Source: Nitrospirales bacterium (lineage in GTDB: Bacteria; Nitrospirota; Nitrospiria; Nitrospirales; UBA8639). Taken from it: DNA of 64,000 nt. The notes beneath the pieces were generated by a model, which saw nothing but the letters and a program-made list of their open reading frames with translations, had not been told where the DNA came from and made no database searches. The position numbers and the translations under genes were made by a program. Location of the stretch: NCBI GenBank assembly GCA_041737015.1, contig JBGSSO010000381.1, positions 1,304 to 65,303 of the forward strand, in the 5' to 3' direction. Below, piece by piece: positions 26,563 to 35,142 of this stretch (the first letter of the stretch is position 1; every line of letters begins with the position of its first letter).

Positions 26563-28878
26563 CTACACCAATTCGGTCCCGTGCATGCGAGCGAACAGTT
26601 CCCAATCAAATGGTTTGGGTGCCACGGCGTGCAGGGGGATGGGCTGAATGGTTCCGGGATCGCGGTAGGCTAACATGCATCCAATAATCTGTTCGGGTTG
26701 TTCGATCAACCGACGGATGGCCTCGTACGCAAAGAGTTGCGCCATGGTTTTGTCCACCGGAGTCGGGAAGGCGCCTCGCAGGGTATGGCCAAGAATGGTG
26801 GCCTTGGTCGCCACCGAGAGAGGATAATGCCCGGATCGGGTTTGTAGATGCGTCCACTGGGAAATCCTACTGCCGAAATATTCTACCAGGCCATGGACCC
26901 CGCCTTCAGGATGATACTGGTGCGGGGTGCGTTCGGCCACGATAATAATATGGCTTTTGTTCCGGACGCCCAACGTTTGCTTCAGAGTACCCAGAACCAC
27001 CTCCTCGATATAGGCATCCGGATCAGGATGTTCATTGACCAACAGGCCTTCAGCTCGTGCCTGGTACGCACACATGAGCGCCAGGTGACCGGACCCTGCT
27101 CCCATGACTTCCACAAAAAACACACTGCCCATGGCCGCACTGGTGGCTTTCAATGACTCGATGGATTGGTTGGCCAGGGCGACAGCCGATTGAACCCCGA
27201 GTGAGGTGGTCCCGGCGATATTGTCGTCGATCGAACCGGGGATCCCCACGACCTGTATGCCGAACCGTTCATAGATGGCGCGAGCCCCACGCATGCTTCC
27301 GTCACCTCCCATCACGATGAGCGCCCCATCCTTCATGAATGGTTTGAGATGATGAATGGCGGCCAGTTGGACCTCCTCATCCTTGAAATCTTCAAACCGG
27401 CTGCTGCCAATCGGGCTGCTGGCGTGATTGCTCATGCCACGTGTGTCCTGTTCCGTTACCAACTCAATCCAATTATTTGCCAAACCCAGAAATCCGTGTT
27501 GCACGAAATAGACTTCCAGGCCTAATCGATTCCCTGTCACACGGAGTTCCTTCAATGCCGCACCGGCTCCGGCAAAATCCCCACCGGAGACGAGGGCGAC
27601 AATTCGCCGAATTTGGCGTGGCTTCAGAGTGACCTTCTCCCGGCGGCCCTGTTCCACGGTCATCCAGGCCTCGCGGACGGCCCGTTCCCGTTCTGAAAGA
27701 CCGACGGCCGTGGAGTAGCCCGACAACTGCCCATGCTCATAGGTGAGGAGAACGACGTTGTCCTGTCCTTCCTTATAGGCTCCAAATTCTGAAAACGCCT
27801 CACTGAACGGACGAGGGTCGAGAAAAATTAAGAGCGCTCGCAGAGTTGAGCTGTGCGTATACAAACACAACACTTTTCCCTGGTGGCTCTGGCCTAATTG
27901 ATGGAACCCATCCACCAACTCCACATAGAGTTCAAAGAAGGAGTGGCCTCCCGGATAACTGTACAGCGGGTGTTTAATCAGACGCTGGGCCGTCTTCGTA
28001 TCGACCCCAAAGGCCTTAGCGGCTTCTTCGATTTCAATCGTTTTCTCAATACCGGTGGCCCATCCAAAGTCTTGTGATTCTAACGCCCATTCCGTGATGG
28101 GCTCGGTGGTTTCACCTGTCTCGGGAGACAGGATGGAGACGACCCGTTCAAAGAGCTGTCGGGTATTGGGGCTCTGACTCACCATGTGGACAAACGATTT
28201 CGAATCCAGGTAGTTATCGAGCTGAAGGAAATCCAGTTGTTTTCCGACCAGCCCTAAGGTCCGGACAAGGGCGGTTCCGATGGCGTCAGCCTTGGGAATT
28301 CCCCGCTCGGCGTCAAGGACGTTCCTCAACCGGCGCCCCACACGGAACTTTTTACTATCCATCTGAGAGACGCCGTGCCGCATCGTGAAAAACAACGTGC
28401 GAGCACTTAAATCACGGGGCATCAACCAATAGCGATCGTCGCCAATATCAAGGACGATCCGACCCTCAGCCAGATTGGGCGTCATATGCTCACGTGGGAC
28501 GATCGCCACGGGTCGACGTCGTATGGGTTTATTCGTGGCCCCGATCGGTGCGCGAAATAAGGAAGAAAGCTCGCCCTGAGCGAGAAGTTGATTCCAGGCA
28601 ACGAAGAACACCAACTCATCTCCACCGCAGGCTTGCTGAATCAGCGCCTGTCTTGCGTCTCTGTAAGCCGCGGCATTGGCAAACCCTTTTTGGGCCTCCT
28701 GGACAAACAGTCGTATGGCGGCCATGGCCTCCAACACCCGCTGCGGGCGACCTTCCAAGGACGCTAACGGGGGATGAGGCTCCGCTCCCTCTACCGGCGG
28801 GCGCCTGGCAATGGCCTCGCCATAGGTTAATAGCCCATTAATTGTCACAAATTCCAGATTCTCTGCTTCGGCCTTCAT
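26563..28878 (-). CDS. pfkA: Histidine-phosphatase (PGM-like) domain fused to a C-terminal PfkA-family 6-phosphofructokinase domain
   Basis: RHG (TMRHGVS) and LYTHSS in the middle domain; GGDF, GGDGS, PGSIDDN, EVMG and LGHTLRG in the C-terminal domain. Confidence 0.85.
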   Translation of the reverse strand: MKAEAENLEFVTINGLLTYGEAIARRPPVEGAEPHPPLASLEGRPQRVLEAMAAIRLFVQEAQKGFANAAAYRDARQALIQQACGGDELVFFVAWNQLLAQGELSSLFRAPIGATNKPIRRRPVAIVPREHMTPNLAEGRIVLDIGDDRYWLMPRDLSARTLFFTMRHGVSQMDSKKFRVGRRLRNVLDAERGIPKADAIGTALVRTLGLVGKQLDFLQLDNYLDSKSFVHMVSQSPNTRQLFERVVSILSPETGETTEPITEWALESQDFGWATGIEKTIEIEEAAKAFGVDTKTAQRLIKHPLYSYPGGHSFFELYVELVDGFHQLGQSHQGKVLCLYTHSSTLRALLIFLDPRPFSEAFSEFGAYKEGQDNVVLLTYEHGQLSGYSTAVGLSERERAVREAWMTVEQGRREKVTLKPRQIRRIVALVSGGDFAGAGAALKELRVTGNRLGLEVYFVQHGFLGLANNWIELVTEQDTRGMSNHASSPIGSSRFEDFKDEEVQLAAIHHLKPFMKDGALIVMGGDGSMRGARAIYERFGIQVVGIPGSIDDNIAGTTSLGVQSAVALANQSIESLKATSAAMGSVFFVEVMGAGSGHLALMCAYQARAEGLLVNEHPDPDAYIEEVVLGTLKQTLGVRNKSHIIIVAERTPHQYHPEGGVHGLVEYFGSRISQWTHLQTRSGHYPLSVATKATILGHTLRGAFPTPVDKTMAQLFAYEAIRRLIEQPEQIIGCMLAYRDPGTIQPIPLHAVAPKPFDWELFARMHGTELV

Positions 28879-28927
28879 TTATTCACCTCATCAAATCCTT
28901 CACCTATTCTTGGATTAATCTTGCCTT

Positions 28928-28956
28928 ATCATAATATTTTCCGGCCTCATCGACAA
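28928..28956 (-). promoter_or_regulatory. Sigma70-like promoter for the pfk fusion gene
   Basis: TTGTCG-17 bp-TATGAT on the minus strand, 50 bp upstream of the ATG. Confidence 0.5.
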
Positions 28957-29015
28957 CACAAGTCCTCGCCATGACCATCTGATTCATCTCCTGCCGATAC
29001 GATCATTCTGTGCAT

Positions 29016-29321
29016 AAGGTTCTCGCGTTCCGTGGAAAAGACCCTTCTTGTCTCACTCACCAGGTGAGAGAAACCACCCCAACCGACCCTGGTCAGTGAT
29101 AGACCATGCTAGAGTTTGACCGTGTAGTGGGCTACACTTCATGAGAACCCACAGGGAGGTGGGATATCTTCTGCGCCAAACAACACTCCAGTAACACGAG
29201 TACCTCCAATCCTATGAACCTCAAACGGGAGTTGGCCCTCCCAATCTCCTTGGACTCCTGCGTCTGATGCCGCTCTCACCGTATGCACCGGTGGCATAGG
29301 GTTCAACTGACGTATTAAAGG
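29016..29321 (-). other. Highly structured non-coding segment, possibly a non-autonomous IS110-like element
   Basis: Nested stems at 29215-29305; hairpin at 29122-29137; CCTT at both ends; the IS110 assignment is inference only. Confidence 0.35.
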
Positions 29322-29376
29322 ATGATGGGATCGTTTTCACCATTGACGATTATTAAAAACTGATAGGGAAACATTC

Positions 29377-30777
29377 ATGCAAAAGACCAAAATCATCTGC
29401 ACAATCGGACCGGTGACCGAATCTTATGAGATGTTGCGCAAAATGTATGACGCCGGCATGAACATCGTGCGGTTGAATATGTCCCATGGCACCCACGACT
29501 CCCATGCCAAAGTGATCAAACACATTAAGACGCTCAATACCAAGGTCCCATTTCCCATTCCGATTCTTTTAGATACGCAAGGCCCTGAAATCCGGACCGG
29601 AGATTTATCGATTGACCTCAATCTCAAGGAAGGCACGATCGTCTCTATATCTGCGCGTGGGCCGATGGATGTGGAAGAAAGCTCTATTCACATCAACTAT
29701 GCCGATTTAATGGAATCCGTAAATGTCGGAGATAAGATTACCGTGGATAATGGGTTGATCAATTTTGAGGTCCTTGAAAAACAGGATCGCCTCATGCAGT
29801 GCCGGGTCCTTGACGGGGGGGTCTTGAAAAGCAAACGCCATGTCAATTTACCGGGGATCCGCGTCAATCTCCCTGCGATTACGCAAAAGGACGAAAAAGA
29901 TATTGCCTTTGGTTTAGCCGCCGATGTGGATTTCATTGCTCTGTCCTTTGTTCGAGAAGCGAACGATATCCGACAATTAAGACAGCTTATGGGCCACAAG
30001 GTTGGTCGGGTGAAAATTATTGCCAAGATTGAAGATCAGGAAGGGGTTCGCAATCTGGAAGATATTATCCGGGAATCGGACGGCATTATGGTGGCTCGCG
30101 GAGATTTGGGTGCAGAAATCAACCTGGAGGATCTGCCGAATGTGCAGCGCAGAATTGTGCGACTCTGCGCGGAATCCGGCAAACGCGTGATTGTGGCCAC
30201 CCATCTCCTGGAATCGATGATCCATAATCCCATCCCCACGCGTGCCGAGGTCACTGACGTGGCCAATGCCATTTATGAGGAAGTCGATGGGGTGATGTTA
30301 TCCGGAGAAACCACGGTCGGAAAATACCCGCTGAAATGCATCGAGTATCTGCGAAAAATCTCCATCAAAACCGAAGCCATTCCAGGTTTGCAGTTTGCGA
30401 AACAGTTAAAGCTGACGACAGACAAACAGCAATTGGCCACCGCCGCAGTCCAACTCGCGGAAGGATTGCACGCCAAAGGAATTGTCGTGATCACCCGAAG
30501 AGGCATCATGGCGGATTTGGTCTCGAATTGTCGTCCATTTTCCACGAACATTTATGCTTTCACGAACGGGAGTCAATCCCGTCGAACGATGACGCTCAAT
30601 CGAGGCGTCTATCCCTTCCGGATCGACTTTAGTTCAGACCCCGAGAAAACGCTACAAACCGCATTTCGAATTTTAAAAACCCGTGAACATTTCCAAATAG
30701 GAGACAAGGTCGTGATTATCTCTGACGTGTTGGCTCAAGAGCGGGTCGATGGGATTCAAATACGAGCCATTCCCTAA
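29377..30777 (+). CDS. pyk: Pyruvate kinase
   Basis: KTKIICTIGP, RLNMSHG, IIAKIE, DGIMVARGDLG, VMLSGET. Confidence 0.97.
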   Translation: MQKTKIICTIGPVTESYEMLRKMYDAGMNIVRLNMSHGTHDSHAKVIKHIKTLNTKVPFPIPILLDTQGPEIRTGDLSIDLNLKEGTIVSISARGPMDVEESSIHINYADLMESVNVGDKITVDNGLINFEVLEKQDRLMQCRVLDGGVLKSKRHVNLPGIRVNLPAITQKDEKDIAFGLAADVDFIALSFVREANDIRQLRQLMGHKVGRVKIIAKIEDQEGVRNLEDIIRESDGIMVARGDLGAEINLEDLPNVQRRIVRLCAESGKRVIVATHLLESMIHNPIPTRAEVTDVANAIYEEVDGVMLSGETTVGKYPLKCIEYLRKISIKTEAIPGLQFAKQLKLTTDKQQLATAAVQLAEGLHAKGIVVITRRGIMADLVSNCRPFSTNIYAFTNGSQSRRTMTLNRGVYPFRIDFSSDPEKTLQTAFRILKTREHFQIGDKVVIISDVLAQERVDGIQIRAIP

Positions 30778-31206
30778 GGCAGGCCATTTGGGCCACCCAT
30801 CCAACCGACAGGAATACAGGTTCATGGGGCGCCCTTCCCTGACACGTTTCTATTGGGAAGGCTTCCAAGAGGAGCCAATGCTTTTTTTCTGAACAGGGGT
30901 GGGGGGAGAGGAGTTAGATTCTTCGGATTGCCAGAAGAACCATGGAAATGATCCAGGCAAAAAAGACGATATTGATGAAAAATCCTTCCATCCTATTCTT
31001 ATCGGCTTATCAGCTCCTAAAGTTAAGTTTTTTCTAGTTCTCTGAGATTCTTGCTTCATTTTTCACTCATTATCGCTATCCTCGCCCAAAAAACCATTTC
31101 GACCCTTGGCCATCCTTCATATCACAAAGGATGCCCGTCGGCTTTGGAGACGTTGTTCCATCTAAATGGACAAGGGTGAGGAGACACCCAAACAGGTGAG
31201 CACAAA

Positions 31207-32445
31207 CTAAGACGTCGGTGAAGAGAGGGTCTTTTGCCTTGAAGGCTGAACCGGAAGCGACACGATGCGGTCTAAGAGCGTATCCGCGAGTTGTCGTTTG
31301 GACATTCGCGGGATGTGATGCGGGGCAGCACCGGGCGTGAGGACATACACCTCATTGGTATCATTACCAAAGGCAGATTGCTCTCCGCCGATGTGATTCA
31401 CAATCAGCATATCCAGATGTTTGCTGGCAAGCTTGGCCTGTCCATGCTCAATAAGATGATCTGTTTCAGCCGCAAAGCCAATCAGGCGTTGGTGTGTACG
31501 CTGGGCAGAAAGTGCCATTAAAATATCCGGCGTCCGTTCCAAATCCAACCCTTCTCCCTGCCATTGGTCTTTTTTTACTTTCTGTGCATGGGCCTGTTTG
31601 GGGCGAAAATCTCCAACTGCGGCCGTCATCAGGAGCGTGGTTGCCCATTCAAAACGCGCCGTGAGCGCCTGTAACATGTCTTCTGCTGTGACCACCGGAA
31701 TCACGGTCACGTTCTTTGGTGCCATTAACTGGGTGGGACCCGTCACTAAGACGACCTCGGCCCCACGTGCGGCCGCTGCCTCGGCCAAGGCAAATCCCAT
31801 TTTGCCTGATGACCCGTTACTGATGAATCGCACAGGGTCAATGGGTTCCTGGGTGGGACCCGCCGATATCAAAACACGCTCCGCTTGCCAATCCGTTCGG
31901 CGACGCAACAGGTCAACCGCTGTCGACATGATGATCTCCTCCGCAGCCAAACGCCCCTGTCCCCATTCTCCAGAGGCCAACGCCCCAACTTCCGGCTCGA
32001 CCAGGACGACCCCTCGATGGCGGAGGGTCTGAGCGTGGGCTTGGACCGCCGGATGGGCCCACATTTCCCCATCCATCGCTGGACAGATCATCACCGGACA
32101 TCGAACGGTGAGCGAAAGGGTTCCGAGCAAATTGTCGGCTAACCCCAGAGCCAATTTGGCTAACGTGTTCGCGGTACAGGGGGCCACGACCAACAAATCG
32201 GCTTGTTCCGTTAAGGATAAGTGTTTCATGTCCTGATGGCTGGCAAAGACATCACTCGCCACCGGATTCCCTGACAGCACTTCAAACGTCAGGGGGGCAA
32301 TGAACCGGATAGCTGACTCCGTCATGACCACATGAACGCTGGCACCGGCTTGTGTCAACAGACGTACAAGTCCCACCGCCTTATAGGCCGCAATACTTCC
32401 CGTCACCCCCAGGACAATTCGCTTGCCTGCTAACCCGGTGCTCAT
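31207..32445 (-). CDS. coaBC: Bifunctional phosphopantothenoylcysteine decarboxylase/ligase
   Basis: GVTGSIAAYK, APCTAN, PAMDGEMW, SAGPTQEPIDPVRFISNGSSGKMG. Confidence 0.97.
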   Translation of the reverse strand: MSTGLAGKRIVLGVTGSIAAYKAVGLVRLLTQAGASVHVVMTESAIRFIAPLTFEVLSGNPVASDVFASHQDMKHLSLTEQADLLVVAPCTANTLAKLALGLADNLLGTLSLTVRCPVMICPAMDGEMWAHPAVQAHAQTLRHRGVVLVEPEVGALASGEWGQGRLAAEEIIMSTAVDLLRRRTDWQAERVLISAGPTQEPIDPVRFISNGSSGKMGFALAEAAAARGAEVVLVTGPTQLMAPKNVTVIPVVTAEDMLQALTARFEWATTLLMTAAVGDFRPKQAHAQKVKKDQWQGEGLDLERTPDILMALSAQRTHQRLIGFAAETDHLIEHGQAKLASKHLDMLIVNHIGGEQSAFGNDTNEVYVLTPGAAPHHIPRMSKRQLADTLLDRIVSLPVQPSRQKTLSSPTS

Positions 32446-32475
32446 CTTCTGTATGCTCTCGCCAAGTGATTTCAG

Positions 32476-32844
32476 CTAGGCTTCTTCAGGTTCGACCACC
32501 GTGCCAAGATGTTGAGCCGTGTCATCGATATACACACTCAATTCTTTTTTGATCTCTTGAGCATTCTCATCCGGCTGTGCATAGAGAGCCGGATCAATGG
32601 GCCGTTCATTCGCGCGTTTGGCATTTTTAATGGCGTCTTTGGCTTCCTGGCCAATTAAATACGGAACCTGCTTGTTGAGCACTTCTTCCAAGGCTCGGGA
32701 GGTGTCTTTCGAAAATTTACTGGTTCCGTAGGGCTCTCCACCCCGAACCAATTGCTTGGCTCGCTGGGCAGCAATCAGCACAATCCGATACCGCGAATCA
32801 AATTCTTTTTGGTGATGTTGGGGCAATAACGATAAGGCATCCAT
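32476..32844 (-). CDS. rpoZ: RNA polymerase omega subunit
   Basis: DSRYRIVLIAAQRAKQL; sits in the gmk-rpoZ-coaBC order. Confidence 0.92.
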   Translation of the reverse strand: MDALSLLPQHHQKEFDSRYRIVLIAAQRAKQLVRGGEPYGTSKFSKDTSRALEEVLNKQVPYLIGQEAKDAIKNAKRANERPIDPALYAQPDENAQEIKKELSVYIDDTAQHLGTVVEPEEA

Positions 32845-32923
32845 TGAAAATCCTCTTTCCTTTCTGTGAAAAACACCCGTTTAGATGATTAGTCTACACA
32901 AAACAATCCCATCAATGCAGCAT

Positions 32924-33529
32924 TTATCGGAACACATGCGCGGCATCGACATGGGTGGTTCGAACGCGTTCAGCCATAATGACGGCCTGGAGTTCCTCGA
33001 TGGCCTGCTCCAAGGTTTCATTGCGAATCGTATATTGGTATTCCGAATAGCTCCGCATCTCATCCTGGGATTTCTGAAACCGACGCTCCTGCTCGTCCTT
33101 TGTATCCGTCGCCCGTCCAACCAGACGGGTCCGAAGCACCTCTAATGAAGGAGGCAGAATAAACACCGTCACGGCTTTTTGAAGAGTTTTCATGACCTGC
33201 CGCGCGCCCTGCACATCAATGTCCAACAAGATATCCGTGTTCGAACCGGACTCCTGCTCCAACTCTTTCCAGGGTGTTCCGTATAATCGCCCGTAGACTT
33301 CAGCATATTCAGCAAACGCATGCTCGGAAATTTTTGTATTAAACTCAGTTTCCGAAATAAACCTGTACTCCTTGCCATCCGTTTCCCCGGACCGTGGCTT
33401 CCGCGTGGTGTACGAAACTGAAAGGCGAATGTCGGGAATCGTCTTCAAAATATGCCGGGAGAGCGTCGACTTCCCCACTCCAGAAGGACCTGATACGACA
33501 AATAACAATTTTTTCCCCGTTACCCCCAC
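32924..33529 (-). CDS. gmk: Guanylate kinase
   Basis: SGPSGVGKST, SYTTRKPRSGE, ILLDIDVQGA. Confidence 0.97.
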   Translation of the reverse strand: MGVTGKKLLFVVSGPSGVGKSTLSRHILKTIPDIRLSVSYTTRKPRSGETDGKEYRFISETEFNTKISEHAFAEYAEVYGRLYGTPWKELEQESGSNTDILLDIDVQGARQVMKTLQKAVTVFILPPSLEVLRTRLVGRATDTKDEQERRFQKSQDEMRSYSEYQYTIRNETLEQAIEELQAVIMAERVRTTHVDAAHVFR

Positions 33530-33562
33530 CGCTCCTCCGACGGTATGACATGGATTGATCGG

Positions 33563-34441
33563 TTATTCAATATTTTGGACCTGTTCACGGATTTTTTCTA
33601 ATTCACTCTTTAACTCCACAACCTGTCCGGAGATCTCGGAATCGCTCGCCTTTGATCCAATGGTATTGACTTCCCTGCCCATTTCTTGGAGAAGAAAATC
33701 AAGCCGCTTTCCAACCGGGCCTTTGGATTTGAGTGTGGAACGAAATTGTGTCACATGACTTTGCAACCGTGTTAATTCTTCCGTCACGTCCGATCGTTCT
33801 GCCAACATGGCTATCTCTTGAGCAATTCGATCGTCGTTTACCCGATCCCCTTCTAATAACTTGGCGACACGAGCTTTCAAACGATCAGCGGACACCTGTA
33901 GTGCAGAAGGAATGCGTTGCTGAACCACATGAAGCCGTTCTTCGACTATCTGAACCCGCTGTAAGAGATCTTTTTGTAAGGCCGTGCCTTCTTCCTTGCG
34001 CATTTTTTCTAAATCGGTCAAGGCACGCTGTACTAACCCCTCAACGACCTTCGGCACATCCTTGATCACCGTGGGCTCCTCACTTGTGGAAAATAGATCC
34101 CGAAACCCTGCCACCACATTCACATCCACCGTCCCACTCAGCTTGAATTCCCGTTGCAATTCCCGCAACCCTTGAATATACCGCTTCGCCATGGCGCGAT
34201 CGAGTTGGACAGTTTTATTGGCTCCAGACCCTCCACCATTCATGGTCACGGTCAATTCAATGCGACCACGCTCGCACATACGCTTGACTTGCTCTTTGAG
34301 TTCCAACTCCATATGAGAAAGAGACTTCGGCAGACGCACCATCATCTCGCAAAACCGATGATTCACGGATCGAACTTCAACCCCAACCATGGTTTCGTGA
34401 CACAGCGATTCTCGTTTTCCAAAACCTGTCATACTTTTCAT
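33563..34441 (-). CDS. yicC: YicC/YloC family endoribonuclease
   Basis: Start MKSMTGFG at 34441 (ATGA overlap with nth); SVNHRF; GKRLDFLLQEMGREVNTIGSK. Confidence 0.93.
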   Translation of the reverse strand: MKSMTGFGKRESLCHETMVGVEVRSVNHRFCEMMVRLPKSLSHMELELKEQVKRMCERGRIELTVTMNGGGSGANKTVQLDRAMAKRYIQGLRELQREFKLSGTVDVNVVAGFRDLFSTSEEPTVIKDVPKVVEGLVQRALTDLEKMRKEEGTALQKDLLQRVQIVEERLHVVQQRIPSALQVSADRLKARVAKLLEGDRVNDDRIAQEIAMLAERSDVTEELTRLQSHVTQFRSTLKSKGPVGKRLDFLLQEMGREVNTIGSKASDSEISGQVVELKSELEKIREQVQNIE

Positions 34442-35142
34442 GTTGGCTTTCGCTTTCCTTCCCATCCACAGTCTGAATCGAGCACACAATGAGCACACTT
34501 TGGCGTTCTGGCCAGACACACATATCGCCCATGAAGCAGGAGGCGTTGCGCTCCCTTTGTCCATTGCGCTTTGGGCAGGAGGCGTTGAAGATCCTCTTCA
34601 ATTTTGGTCGGGTCTTGGCTTCTCGTCAACCCGAGCCGATTGGCTACCCGCTTCACATGGGTATCCACCACAATGGCAGGCTCTCCCACAGAGCTTCCCA
34701 AAATAACATTGGCTGTTTTTCGCCCTACGCCGGGTAGGGAAGTCAAGTCCTCCATCGTTCCTGGCACCAATCCATTAAAACGTTCCACCAGAGCTTGGCC
34801 ACACCCAATAAGATGACGCGCTTTATTTTTATAAAATCCCGTTGTCCGAATGAGCGCTTCTAATTCCGCTGGATCCGCATTGGCATAATCTTGTGCCGTG
34901 CGATAGCGGGCAAAGACGTTCGGGGTCACCTGGTTGACTCTCTGGTCTGTACATTGGGCCGAAAGAATTGTGGCCACCAACAGCTCAAGCCGGTTGGCGG
35001 AATCTAACTCCACTCTCACGTCAGGAACAGATTGATTCAATGCGGCAAGGATCCGGCCTACCCGTTTTTTCGTTTCTACCGGCGATTCAATCGGACCTCG
35101 TAATGCTCTGAGACGACTCATCGGTGAAGCAAGACCCCTCAT
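34438..35142 (-). CDS. nth: Endonuclease III
   Basis: LLVATILSAQCTD; HhH LPGVGRKTAN; VDTHV; CX6CX2CX5C iron-sulfur motif. Confidence 0.97.
   Translation of the reverse strand: MRGLASPMSRLRALRGPIESPVETKKRVGRILAALNQSVPDVRVELDSANRLELLVATILSAQCTDQRVNQVTPNVFARYRTAQDYANADPAELEALIRTTGFYKNKARHLIGCGQALVERFNGLVPGTMEDLTSLPGVGRKTANVILGSSVGEPAIVVDTHVKRVANRLGLTRSQDPTKIEEDLQRLLPKAQWTKGAQRLLLHGRYVCLARTPKCAHCVLDSDCGWEGKRKPT

Noticed and set aside
30850-31059. 69-aa ORF between pyk and coaBC
   Set aside because: Low-complexity Ser-rich sequence with no motif; unsupported
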